Part shown: in pieces, positions 28,348-36,913 of the stretch | Layout of the letters: the number at the start of each line of letters is the position of its first letter | Position numbering within the stretch: the first letter of the stretch is position 1 | DNA from: a phage | Length of the DNA: 64,000 nt | Sequence record: PZ496581.1 | Strand: one strand, 5' to 3' | Translations under genes and position numbers: made by a program | Notes under the pieces: generated by a model | What the model was told of the DNA's origin: nothing | The model's database searches: none | What the model saw: the letters and a program-made list of their open reading frames with translations, nothing else

Positions 28348-28929
28348 TTATAACAACCCTGTCAAATCGTTCCAATGCTTCCGGCATAATGACACATATC
28401 TATCGGTATCACCAATTTCAATTTGACTGCCATCTGTAATTGGAAGTCCGTCTTCCGTGACTCTAGCTACCATTGTGGCCTTTTTACCACAATGACAGAC
28501 ACCTTTAAGTTCAACAAGCTTATCGGCAATAGCCATTAATGCTTGAGAACCTTCAAATAGATTACCTTTAAAATCTGTTCGTAGTCCATATGCCATTACC
28601 GGCACATTGTATACGTCAACAATACGACTAAGTTGATACACCTTTTCAGTAGTTAAGAACTGAGCTTCGTCAACAAATACACAGTGAATATCCTTTTGTG
28701 CTGCAGCCCATTTATAGAATTCAAAGATATCCATGTCTTTTGTAATTATATTGGCATCCTGACGAATACCAATACGAGAGACTATTTCACCTTTTGAATC
28801 GCGAGTATCAATAGCCGGTTTAAGAACTAATACACCCATGCCACGTTCTTTATAGTTATGTGCGGCAGTAAGTAATGAAGCAGACTTACCAGCGTTAATA
28901 GCGGCATAGGTAAAAATTAAACTAGCCAT
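28348..28929 (-). CDS. tk: thymidine kinase
   Basis: 193 aa; P-loop AAINAGKSASLL and C-terminal CxxC...C Zn site. Confidence 0.93.
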   Translation of the reverse strand: MASLIFTYAAINAGKSASLLTAAHNYKERGMGVLVLKPAIDTRDSKGEIVSRIGIRQDANIITKDMDIFEFYKWAAAQKDIHCVFVDEAQFLTTEKVYQLSRIVDVYNVPVMAYGLRTDFKGNLFEGSQALMAIADKLVELKGVCHCGKKATMVARVTEDGLPITDGSQIEIGDTDRYVSLCRKHWNDLTGLL

Positions 28930-28938
28930 AAGAGTCCC

Positions 28939-29121
28939 TTATAGTGAATTCACGTAGTCAATGAGTTCTTGTTCTTTCCTGTCAAATGATTCCAACAATG
29001 CTTGATATCCTTCGTCCGTCAAAGGAGCATATTCATCATACGCATTGGTGGCTGCTTGCTCATCCAATAGGTCATGGATAAGTTCGAACAGTTTAGTTTT
29101 CTCTTCTTTAGTCAATTTCAT
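28939..29121 (-). CDS. hypothetical acidic protein
   Basis: 60-aa ORF. Confidence 0.45.
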   Translation of the reverse strand: MKLTKEEKTKLFELIHDLLDEQAATNAYDEYAPLTDEGYQALLESFDRKEQELIDYVNSL

Positions 29122-29345
29122 TTAGGTTCACCTTCTTTAACGAAATCTGGGTAAGGGTAAAATCCTGAGTAAAACCCTTCACCTTTATGATTGCTACAAC
29201 CTTTGTTCGAACAGTAACACCAATAATCAAAATCACAAGCCATTTCGTCATTGCATAAAGCAAAAACTACAGGCCATTCGCATTTTTCGCATTTAGCACC
29301 TGTAAGAATTTTTGTTTGACTCATAGCCATGTCACCTTTAAGCAA
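29118..29345 (-). CDS. hypothetical Cys-rich protein
   Basis: 75 aa with 9 cysteines (CEKCEW...CNDEMAC...CYCSNKGC). Confidence 0.5.
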   Translation of the reverse strand: MLKGDMAMSQTKILTGAKCEKCEWPVVFALCNDEMACDFDYWCYCSNKGCSNHKGEGFYSGFYPYPDFVKEGEPK

Positions 29346-29548
29346 TATTCTTCTACATGTTGTTTACGGCCTTTCTTATCAATAAAGGTATATTCAACGA
29401 ATGTTCCGATGTAGTCTTTATCTACATCATGTGGACTATTAATTGGACATTTGGTACGACAAATGCGTTCCCATTGACGAATAATTACTGCCTTATTCTT
29501 TGGGTCATATGGATGTGGATAATGTATATTCATAATAACGGTTCCCAA
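29321..29548 (-). CDS. hypothetical protein
   Basis: 75-aa ORF. Confidence 0.45.
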   Translation of the reverse strand: MGTVIMNIHYPHPYDPKNKAVIIRQWERICRTKCPINSPHDVDKDYIGTFVEYTFIDKKGRKQHVEEYCLKVTWL

Positions 29549-30027
29549 TCAACAATCACAATTTCTAGTTTAGTGGAATACGTATCTAAAATCTCTTCGA
29601 TGACATCCCAGTTTCCACCACCAATACCTGCACCAATTCTTGGCATATAAATTACAGGCTTTGTTATCTTATTCTTTCCGAATTCATTTAATTCTATTAT
29701 ACAATTCATTAAAGCAGAGTACTCAAAATTAGGTCCAGGCTCAAACTGTGTATAAAGATTAAAGCAATAAGCTTTATGGGTCTTAAAATATTTTTCATAA
29801 ACCGAATAAGTCCCGAGTTTAGACTCGTCTCCGAATTCTGTTTGAAGTTTATCGGCTTCCAGAATTTTTGGATAAGCCTTTGCTAATTGTCCTGCCACAC
29901 CAGCGCCCATTGTATGAAAACAATTACATCCATGAGCAATATTATTACCTTTAGAAAACAGGGCGACAATATCGCCCTTGATATAGTTTTTAATCACTTG
30001 CTGCAAGTCCTCTAGTATAAGAGTCAA
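29530..30027 (-). CDS. macro-domain-like protein (putative ADP-ribose binding/processing)
   Basis: 165 aa; GCNCFHTMGAGVAGQL and YMPRIGAGIGGGNW resemble macro-domain Gly-rich loops. Confidence 0.45.
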   Translation of the reverse strand: MTLILEDLQQVIKNYIKGDIVALFSKGNNIAHGCNCFHTMGAGVAGQLAKAYPKILEADKLQTEFGDESKLGTYSVYEKYFKTHKAYCFNLYTQFEPGPNFEYSALMNCIIELNEFGKNKITKPVIYMPRIGAGIGGGNWDVIEEILDTYSTKLEIVIVDWEPLL

Positions 30028-30337
30028 CTAGACGGTCCACCATAGAATTGCATGCTGCCTTATCTTTAGGTTCCGCCACCGAGCATTCTAATATTTGCCA
30101 TTTTTTATAGTATCTTTTAATTAAGGTAGACGCCTTGAACCTACTAGACGCCCCATCTTTTTCTCCGTCTTTATACGCATATAACAATTTTTGTGAAAAA
30201 TCTACTTTACACTCTTGACTTTTACCACAGTAATCAGACGCCGTTCTGTTTGTATACTCCGTTACATCAGTATATGTAGTATTAGCAAGAGCGTTAAATG
30301 AAACCAAGCCAACTATTAAAGCCAACATTTTGGTCAT
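29990..30337 (-). CDS. secreted Cys-containing protein
   Basis: 115 aa; signal peptide MTKMLALIVGLVSFNALA; four cysteines. Confidence 0.55.
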   Translation of the reverse strand: MTKMLALIVGLVSFNALANTTYTDVTEYTNRTASDYCGKSQECKVDFSQKLLYAYKDGEKDGASSRFKASTLIKRYYKKWQILECSVAEPKDKAACNSMVDRLVDSYTRGLAASD

Positions 30338-30876
30338 TCTTTTATTTCCAGTAGTTTATTTGATTTAAGGTAATTAGCCTTTTCTAGGACTTCAGAAGCA
30401 TATTTACTTCCAGCACTTGTCTTCCATCCCGCATTATATGAGGATATAGCTTTTCTTATATCCCCATTATGTATATTTAACCAATAAGAAAATTCGATAT
30501 AAGCCCATCTGGCTGAATTAGACCGCTTAGATAGCATTTTCTTAATTTGGGCATCAGTCATATTATAACCAAGCTGGTTAATTCTTGCCCTCATTGTTGG
30601 TAGATAGTTTTGGAACATTCCATACGCATGGTGACCTTTCTTATCTTTAAGATTAATACCGGCAGATGATTCTTGCCATAGTATTGCGGCCATTATGTAT
30701 CCAAGTCCTTTCTTATGCATATTTTCATGCGTTTTAAATTTTCCGTCCTTAGAAAACTGTTCCCCAAACTGATAAGCATAATTCAAGTTATCGAGTTGGA
30801 CATTACTAAAAGTATGCTCGGAGCTATGTGCTGATAATGAAAGAGCAAATAGACCAGCGAGTAGTGCTTTTCTCAT
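30334..30876 (-). CDS. periplasmic lytic transglycosylase (SLT domain)
   Basis: 180 aa; signal peptide MRKALLAGLFALSLSAHS; SLT motifs WQESS, YGMFQ, SYNAG. Confidence 0.7.
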   Translation of the reverse strand: MRKALLAGLFALSLSAHSSEHTFSNVQLDNLNYAYQFGEQFSKDGKFKTHENMHKKGLGYIMAAILWQESSAGINLKDKKGHHAYGMFQNYLPTMRARINQLGYNMTDAQIKKMLSKRSNSARWAYIEFSYWLNIHNGDIRKAISSYNAGWKTSAGSKYASEVLEKANYLKSNKLLEIKE

Positions 30877-30884
30877 GTTTACCT

Positions 30885-31343
30885 CTAGATTTTAATCACT
30901 GCTTTAGAAGCTTTTCCCGGTAGTCGTTTACTGTTAATAATAGCCATTCTACATTGAAGAGTCTTCATTTTGAATGCCGGATTTTCGCGACAAACTGTAA
31001 GTCCTAACCAAAGATTTCCATCAGTTATTTCTAAACGGCCTGGGCGATATTCGACACCTTCGACAAAATCTTCATCAACATCTGGACGTGCCGGCATTGA
31101 TAAAAATTCTGCAACTTCTTTAACATGATTTTTTACTTTACGAAATAATTCAAAAACGTAATTCTCATCTATTTCTCTCTGGATGGCACGATCTAAGAGA
31201 TGTTGAGAATACTTGATATGAAAGCCTGGTAGTCCAAGAGACTTTGCAGCATCTTTTATACTGGCATTTATTTTGCGGAACTCCGTTTCAAAGATTCGAC
31301 GGAGTTTATTACGGCGGATAAAAACGTCTGAATTGATAGTCAT
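30885..31343 (-). CDS. regB: endoribonuclease RegB
   Basis: 152 aa, MTINSDVFIRRNKLRR...EYRPGRLEITDGNLWLG...INSKRLPGKASKAVIKI matches T4 RegB. Confidence 0.93.
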   Translation of the reverse strand: MTINSDVFIRRNKLRRIFETEFRKINASIKDAAKSLGLPGFHIKYSQHLLDRAIQREIDENYVFELFRKVKNHVKEVAEFLSMPARPDVDEDFVEGVEYRPGRLEITDGNLWLGLTVCRENPAFKMKTLQCRMAIINSKRLPGKASKAVIKI

Positions 31344-31405
31344 TTTGATTTCTCCTCTAGTTGACAGATCTATAGTAACACAACTAGAGGAGAAGTAAAC
31401 TACTT
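31344..31405 (-). promoter_or_regulatory. regB promoter with SD-sequestering inverted repeat
   Basis: GTTTAC-N17-TACTAT; 14-nt arm TTCTCCTCTAGTTG in the spacer is complementary to CAACTAGAGGAGAA covering the regB SD. Confidence 0.45.
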
Positions 31406-31620
31406 TATTGATAAAATGGAGTTAAAGCCCAAGATTCTTTAGATACCATATTGGCGAAATGCCTCATCTCTTCGATTTGGCGACGACGCTGGTCAGCATA
31501 GTCTTCTTCGCCTTCTTCCTTACAATCTTAAAGGTCTTCTTCAAGATACTTTAAGTATTCACTACAAATTTTGTTGACCTTTTCTTGGAAGTCCAATAAC
31601 CCAGTAATAGTAGAAGCCAT
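31406..31620 (-). CDS. small ORF interrupted by an in-frame TAA (30 codons + 40 codons)
   Basis: MASTITGLLDFQEKVNKICSEYLKYLEEDL-stop-DCKEEGEEDYADQRRRQIEEMRHFANMVSKESWALTPFYQ, single frame. Confidence 0.3.
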
Positions 31621-31865
31621 TAGTATTTTTCCTCAGGCTGAAATACTGCGCGGCAAGCCCACATACTAGCTTCCTTTAGACGCTCTTTAGCACAGTTAAG
31701 TTGGGACAAAGCCGTCAGAGCTTCAGGAGTATTTGCTGATAATGCTTCTTCTGCCAGGGCGTCCAGAATAAGTCCTAAACGAACTTCAGCATCTTTGATA
31801 GCATTCACTTTGCCGATTTTGTCATCGGTGTGTGGTTTGTAACCTTTAATATCTTCAATCGACAT
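31620..31865 (-). CDS. hypothetical protein
   Basis: ORF 31620-32033; internal Met (MSIEDIKGYKPHTDDKIGK...) is the likelier start. Confidence 0.45.
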   Translation of the reverse strand: MSIEDIKGYKPHTDDKIGKVNAIKDAEVRLGLILDALAEEALSANTPEALTALSQLNCAKERLKEASMWACRAVFQPEEKY

Positions 31866-32079
31866 AAGGAATTTCCTCATCGGTGGCAAGGTCATATTCG
31901 ACCAATTGGATAGGCTCATTAATACCATATCCACGTACAGTGATATCAGTTGTCGGATAGTTTCCAGTAATATCACCCATTCTAAATGATTCAATGAATG
32001 ATTGCTCGCCTGAGCAACTAAACCAGGCGGCAAAACATTTTAAAACATCTTCAGACCCTTCTATAATCAATTTAGCCAT
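31855..32079 (-). CDS. hypothetical acidic protein
   Basis: 74-aa ORF. Confidence 0.45.
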   Translation of the reverse strand: MAKLIIEGSEDVLKCFAAWFSCSGEQSFIESFRMGDITGNYPTTDITVRGYGINEPIQLVEYDLATDEEIPYVD

Positions 32080-32442
32080 TATAGACTCTCAGTAAAGGTA
32101 CGAGCGATAACGTCGCGCTGCTGTTCTGGAGTCAGAGAGTTAAAGCGAACTGCATAACCGGATACACGGATGGTCAGCTGCGGATATTTTTCCGGATGCT
32201 TAACTGCATCTTCCAGAGTTTCGCGACGCAGAACGTTAACGTTCAGGTGTTGACCACCTTCAATTTTAACTTTAGGTTGATGTTCAATTTCAATTTCACG
32301 GGCATGCAAACCGTAGAAAATTTCCGGGTCTACAATAGCGTCCTTCTTTAAAAGTCTTAGAGACAATAATCCGGGCTTGAGTACCGTCTTCAAAATAAAT
32401 AGTGCCTTTATGTGCACCTTCAAGAATTTGATATGCTTTCAT
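32079..32442 (-). CDS. GrcA/YfiD-like autonomous glycyl-radical cofactor, apparent 1-nt frameshift
   Basis: C-terminus ...[59 protein letters not shown]; ATG at 32442 opens another frame (MKAYQILEG...[12 protein letters not shown]). Confidence 0.6.
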
Positions 32443-32448
32443 ATAACC

Positions 32449-32730
32449 TCAATTAGAAAATAAATTTATCCAAGATTTTTCTTTAATCAAAAATGGGTCG
32501 GAATTAAACGCCATTAAACTTTGAGTGATTAATCCCTTAAATGGCCCATCAATAAATTCCATTTTGAAATGCGGAATACTAGTCATCAACCGTGCATTAG
32601 GAGCAGTACAAAGAACCTGCTGCCCTGCGAACGGGCCTTTAGTCAAACGGTATCGTTTAGGTTTAAAATGGTAAATCTCGTAATTTTCTACAAGGGCCCT
32701 TTTATTGCATACTGGGCTGTTATAACACAA
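32449..32730 (-). CDS. hypothetical protein
   Basis: 93-aa ORF. Confidence 0.5.
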   Translation of the reverse strand: MCYNSPVCNKRALVENYEIYHFKPKRYRLTKGPFAGQQVLCTAPNARLMTSIPHFKMEFIDGPFKGLITQSLMAFNSDPFLIKEKSWINLFSN

Positions 32731-32755
32731 TATTCAAAAACTTCAATAGTGGTCA

Positions 32756-33295
32756 TCATTGCATTCCAATCACAAAAAATTGAGGACGAGCATTACCACC
32801 GATGCAATATTTGCTTTTGCAGCAGTGCTGTAATGTTTTAATGTGGACATTGTAAATCTTATCCATATCAGGAGCTTTAATAGGCTCGTCAATTATATAC
32901 AGAATACGAGAAAGCGTTAATCCACGGAATTTAGAACCTTCATTGCCAATAAAACTACGAACAGAATCAGTAAATAAACGGAATCGAATATCATCGCTAG
33001 AATAACGAGAAAATTCTTTTTCAATGTTGCCAGCAGAAATTTTAGCATAAGCTGAAGTATTAGAAAGAACAATAACTGTTCCGCCATCATACAGCCAATT
33101 AGCAGCAAAGTTAGTCACAGCAATTGATTTACCTGATTGTCGGCCACCGTCTAAACGAAGTGTACAGTACTGCTTGAGTACGTCTTCAAATGGTGGGACA
33201 TAACCGTTCTTACAAATTTCTTCTACTCTAGCATCAGAATGGTGTGTAAAAGCATTCATCAGGGATAGATAAGGACCAGTTAAAAATGTTCTCAT
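32756..33295 (-). CDS. hypothetical P-loop NTPase
   Basis: 179 aa; Walker A GGRQSGKS, Walker-B-like LYIIDE. Confidence 0.55.
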   Translation of the reverse strand: MRTFLTGPYLSLMNAFTHHSDARVEEICKNGYVPPFEDVLKQYCTLRLDGGRQSGKSIAVTNFAANWLYDGGTVIVLSNTSAYAKISAGNIEKEFSRYSSDDIRFRLFTDSVRSFIGNEGSKFRGLTLSRILYIIDEPIKAPDMDKIYNVHIKTLQHCCKSKYCIGGNARPQFFVIGMQ

Positions 33296-33467
33296 TTAGT
33301 TTCTCTTTTAGGTTGGGCCATTCCGTGGCACATGTTAGGTCCTTCGACTCGCTATGTAAACCCATTACCGCATTGCGCTCGACCTTATTACAGGTTGGAA
33401 AAGGTACATCACTCAGAGGACTCGACGTTCATAAGGAGAGGTTGCGTTTCCCTTTATTAGGCAAGAA

Positions 33468-33797
33468 TTATACTCTAGGCTTTTGAGCTTGTTTGGTATT
33501 GGATTCCCATGCGGCTTTGGTAATTTTGTTAGCGGCATAACCAAAGGCATTAGATAGAACACCTTTAGAGTTGAATACATCCAATCCAATAAGTACACCG
33601 GCTGTGTTAAATTTAGGAGCAAAGTACGCATTAGTTTTAGAAAGAGCTTTTTTCAATTCAGGGTCTTGAACCAAGCCATCAAAAACGCCTTTACTATTTA
33701 CTTTATATGTTACTTTGGGATTTTTACCTTCTTCGATAGCAGCTTTCTGTTCCGCAGATAATGTAACTTCAGTGATAAACTCCTGATATGTTTTCAA
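33468..33797 (-). CDS. internal-protein-like, capsid-targeting N-terminus
   Basis: MKTYQEFITE N-terminus resembles the T4 IP capsid-targeting sequence. Confidence 0.6.
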   Translation of the reverse strand: MKTYQEFITEVTLSAEQKAAIEEGKNPKVTYKVNSKGVFDGLVQDPELKKALSKTNAYFAPKFNTAGVLIGLDVFNSKGVLSNAFGYAANKITKAAWESNTKQAQKPRV

Positions 33798-33822
33798 TTT
33801 GTTCCTATTGTTTTAATTTATG

Positions 33823-34137
33823 TTATTCTTTAGGGAAGTTTTTAGAGTATGCATCATAAAGTTTATTACCAATACGACGGAAGACTTTAGCTGCAAAACG
33901 GTTTTCAGGGTTTTTAATCATGATTTGCATCATGTAAGTTCCTGCATCCGAAAGAGCTTCTTCATAATACCCATTAATTTCTTTAAGAGTCCTACGTTTA
34001 CCACCAGGACCATCAACAGTAATTTTCCATTTACCTGTAGAAGTGCGGCTCGGTGGCTCAACTTGTTCAATCCAAATATAACCACCTTCAACGCGTTGGT
34101 TGGCGGATTCTGCAATAAATTCTTTATACGTTTTCAT
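33823..34137 (-). CDS. internal-protein-like, capsid-targeting N-terminus
   Basis: MKTYKEFIAE N-terminus; GTTTAC-N18-TATAAT promoter upstream. Confidence 0.6.
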   Translation of the reverse strand: MKTYKEFIAESANQRVEGGYIWIEQVEPPSRTSTGKWKITVDGPGGKRRTLKEINGYYEEALSDAGTYMMQIMIKNPENRFAAKVFRRIGNKLYDAYSKNFPKE

Positions 34138-34200
34138 TTTTGTTTCCTTGTTTGTTTTGATAGAGTAATTATACCATATTAATACTTAAGCGTAAACCGT

Positions 34201-34461
34201 TTAAGCTTTACCGCCAGAAATAATTCCGAAGTTGTTAAAATCATATCCAATATCGTCAACATCTACTTTAGGACTTGCTACAACATAAGCAATTTCACTA
34301 CGTTTTGCATAGGTGTTGATTTCTTTACCATTGCCACCTAAGAAAGAATACCCATTACGTTTTAATGAGCCAAAGTCTTCCGCATCACCAATGAAAGCTT
34401 TAACTTTAAATTTAGGGTCTTTGGTATCTGCTTCAACGATAAATTCTTGATACATTTTCAT
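34201..34461 (-). CDS. internal-protein-like, capsid-targeting N-terminus
   Basis: MKMYQEFIVE N-terminus. Confidence 0.55.
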   Translation of the reverse strand: MKMYQEFIVEADTKDPKFKVKAFIGDAEDFGSLKRNGYSFLGGNGKEINTYAKRSEIAYVVASPKVDVDDIGYDFNNFGIISGGKA

Positions 34462-34467
34462 TTTTCC

Positions 34468-34881
34468 TTAGTAAATTGATTTACCATAGTATTTGTACCA
34501 AGTCGGACGTTGAGCAATTTTTTCATCTAAGCGTGCTTGACTTATCGCAATGGACGCTTCGGGCGGGACATAATTATTACGAAATTCGGCAGGGATGTCG
34601 GAAATATCCTGGACTGTCGTGTCCTTGATTTTGAAACCACGTTTCAAACATTCAGCGATTAGCTCGATTTGACGTAAACGTAAAAATTCGAGTTTGTCGT
34701 AAAAGAATGTTACGTGACCTGTGCCTAAGATAAATGTTGGAGAGATTTTAAAATCCTTTACACGTTTACCGTTTTGAACATGTTTACGGACTGCACCAAA
34801 TACGCGTGGTAATTCACGATACTCAGCCATAAGATGTTGGTCGGTCAGTTCAGAAACAAGTGTTAAATTGATACGGGTCAT
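34468..34881 (-). CDS. denV: endonuclease V (pyrimidine-dimer DNA glycosylase)
   Basis: [12 protein letters not shown]...[18 protein letters not shown]... matches T4 DenV. Confidence 0.94.
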   Translation of the reverse strand: MTRINLTLVSELTDQHLMAEYRELPRVFGAVRKHVQNGKRVKDFKISPTFILGTGHVTFFYDKLEFLRLRQIELIAECLKRGFKIKDTTVQDISDIPAEFRNNYVPPEASIAISQARLDEKIAQRPTWYKYYGKSIY

Positions 34882-34893
34882 AATTTCCTCCAA

Positions 34894-34939
34894 GTAGTTG
34901 ATGAATGTATAGTATCAAAGTCCTTGGAGGAAGTAAACA
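34894..34939 (-). promoter_or_regulatory. denV promoter with SD-sequestering inverted repeat
   Basis: GTTTAC-N18-TACTAT; arm TTCCTCCAAG complementary to CTTGGAGGAA at the denV SD. Confidence 0.4.
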
Positions 34940-35221
34940 CTATTTTTCTGAAGCGCCTGAAATATATTTTTCAAGACGTTGTTTCATCAGCGAGCCGTTC
35001 TTAGCGATTTCTTCCGGTTTATCGCACATACGTAACAAGGCTTCAAGCTTAGCGATATCGCTGGTACGTTCAAATTTGCGAGTATCTATCTTACTAGCAA
35101 GTTCAGAAATACGTGCTAGTAGACTTTCGGCTTCAACCAAAGCTGCACCTAGCTTAGTTGCAAATGTGTCAGTAGCTTCGTTAAGAATAGATTCTGATAA
35201 AAATTCACTATATGTTTTCAT
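34940..35221 (-). CDS. internal-protein-like, capsid-targeting N-terminus
   Basis: [10 protein letters not shown] at internal Met; ATGA overlap with the stop of e. Confidence 0.6.
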   Translation of the reverse strand: MKTYSEFLSESILNEATDTFATKLGAALVEAESLLARISELASKIDTRKFERTSDIAKLEALLRMCDKPEEIAKNGSLMKQRLEKYISGASEK

Positions 35222-35706
35222 ATATACGCTTTCCAAGTTCCTGTTTTAAATGTTGAGATTACGCGTTTCGCGCGATTAGGTGTCTGACGATACCATTTAG
35301 ATTGGGCTAGATTTACTGCCGCTTCATCCCAACGTTTCTGTTGAAGCATACGAAGAGAATTAGTAAAACCAGCGACGCCTGCTACACCCATTTGGAAGAC
35401 CATATTGACCAATGCACATCGACGAACCGCATCTAAAGAATCATATACCGGTTTAAGTTTAGCATTACCCAAGATTCCGCGAACGGCTTTATCGACGTCT
35501 TCATTAAATAGCTTTTCAGCCTCATCAAGGGTAATTGTACCGTTGCATTTACGTCCGATCATTCTGTCAAGTTCAGCTTTAGCTACGGCTAAAGACGGGT
35601 TCTTTGTTACTAAATGGCCTATGCCAATCGTCCAAAAGCCTTCAGTGTCTTTGTATAAAGTCAGTCTAAGACCTTCGTCATTACGAAGCATTTCAAATAT
35701 ATTCAT
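35218..35706 (-). CDS. e: endolysin (T4 lysozyme)
   Basis: [31 protein letters not shown]... with catalytic Glu/Asp; matches T4 e. Confidence 0.96.
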   Translation of the reverse strand: MNIFEMLRNDEGLRLTLYKDTEGFWTIGIGHLVTKNPSLAVAKAELDRMIGRKCNGTITLDEAEKLFNEDVDKAVRGILGNAKLKPVYDSLDAVRRCALVNMVFQMGVAGVAGFTNSLRMLQQKRWDEAAVNLAQSKWYRQTPNRAKRVISTFKTGTWKAYI

Positions 35707-35740
35707 AATACCTCCCACGTTTATAGGAGGTATTTATTAC

Positions 35741-36199
35741 TTATAGGAGGGTAGTGAGCACCTTATATAATGATTTGCCCATTACATATTCCCATTGAGA
35801 AGGTTTAATTAAAGCGAATGCATCAAATTCAGGAATCTGTCGTCCGTCTGGGAATGTATGATAGGAATTACAAACACTGTTTCTGAATTGCTCGTGCTCT
35901 ACAGGGATGGTATATAGGAACAGATGAATATTCTTATTGTCTGAGTAATGATGTTCACCTAGGTCTTTCAGGAAGGCAGGGTCATATTGTGTAAACCCAG
36001 TTTCTTCTTCGCATTCACGAATAGCGGCTTCAATAGGAGATTCACCCGGCTCGACACGTCCTTTAGGAATATCCCACCGATGAGCTAAAGAACCTTTAGG
36101 ACGAGAACCAGTTACACGCCCCATGAATAATTCTTTATCTTCGGTAAGGAAAATAATACCGGCTGATAGTTCTTTCACTTTATTTTTCTTACTCATCAT
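35741..36199 (-). CDS. nudE: Nudix hydrolase
   Basis: 152 aa with Nudix box GRVEPGESPIEAAIRECEEETG. Confidence 0.9.
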   Translation of the reverse strand: MMSKKNKVKELSAGIIFLTEDKELFMGRVTGSRPKGSLAHRWDIPKGRVEPGESPIEAAIRECEEETGFTQYDPAFLKDLGEHHYSDNKNIHLFLYTIPVEHEQFRNSVCNSYHTFPDGRQIPEFDAFALIKPSQWEYVMGKSLYKVLTTLL

Positions 36200-36440
36200 C
36201 TCGGTCCCATGATTTGGCCATTAATTCGGACATAAATTCTTCAATGCGCGTTTCTTTAGATGGACTTTCACTATTAGAGACCGCAAGTTTGTAATCTGCA
36301 ATAGGACAGAACATATCAAGGTCCATATTAAGGTCGTCTTTGATTTTTTCTTCTGACACATCTTTATCGTATGTGTACAGATAACTATCACATGATTCTG
36401 ATTTAATGTAAATTGCTATACTCATCTCAAATTCCTGCAT
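36189..36440 (-). CDS. hypothetical protein
   Basis: 83-aa ORF. Confidence 0.5.
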   Translation of the reverse strand: MQEFEMSIAIYIKSESCDSYLYTYDKDVSEEKIKDDLNMDLDMFCPIADYKLAVSNSESPSKETRIEEFMSELMAKSWDRDDE

Positions 36441-36913
36441 TCGGTAATAAAACGTTCAACTTCATTATTCTTGGCTTTTATCTTGTCTTTATGTTCTTGT
36501 AAACTACTTTTAATAAGATTAATAATGATGGCGACAGTGCCGCCGCCAATGATGCCACCAATAATACTTACGATAGTAGATGCTAATAAGATAGCAATAA
36601 TATCAACAAAACCGAAAGAACTCACCTTAGTACTAAAAAACCATACCGATGGTACAAATATAATCCATCCTGCTATCCATTGGCACTTATTGAAAAACTT
36701 TTCAAGATCAGCTTGAGTTGTTCGTATTACTTCATCGATAGGTTGATAACCGTTAATGTATCTGTTCACGATAATACCTGCTGGCTGGTCGATTTTAAAT
36801 TCTTGGCAAATACGTTTAACTAAGTAGGATGGACATCCTGTCCAATCTACTGAATAGTATGAAATACCTTTATTGCCGTCGTCTATATTAGACCAATATG
36901 TTTTGTTAATCAT
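36422..36913 (-). CDS. hypothetical membrane protein
   Basis: 163 aa with Gly-rich TM helices (IIGGIIGGGTVAII). Confidence 0.55.
   Translation of the reverse strand: MINKTYWSNIDDGNKGISYYSVDWTGCPSYLVKRICQEFKIDQPAGIIVNRYINGYQPIDEVIRTTQADLEKFFNKCQWIAGWIIFVPSVWFFSTKVSSFGFVDIIAILLASTIVSIIGGIIGGGTVAIIINLIKSSLQEHKDKIKAKNNEVERFITECRNLR

Noticed and set aside
34905-35746. Plus-strand ORFs 34905-35249 and 35405-35746 across the IP gene and lysozyme
   Set aside because: Antisense to the clearly conserved e lysozyme and IP-like gene; Ser/Leu/Arg-rich shadow frames.
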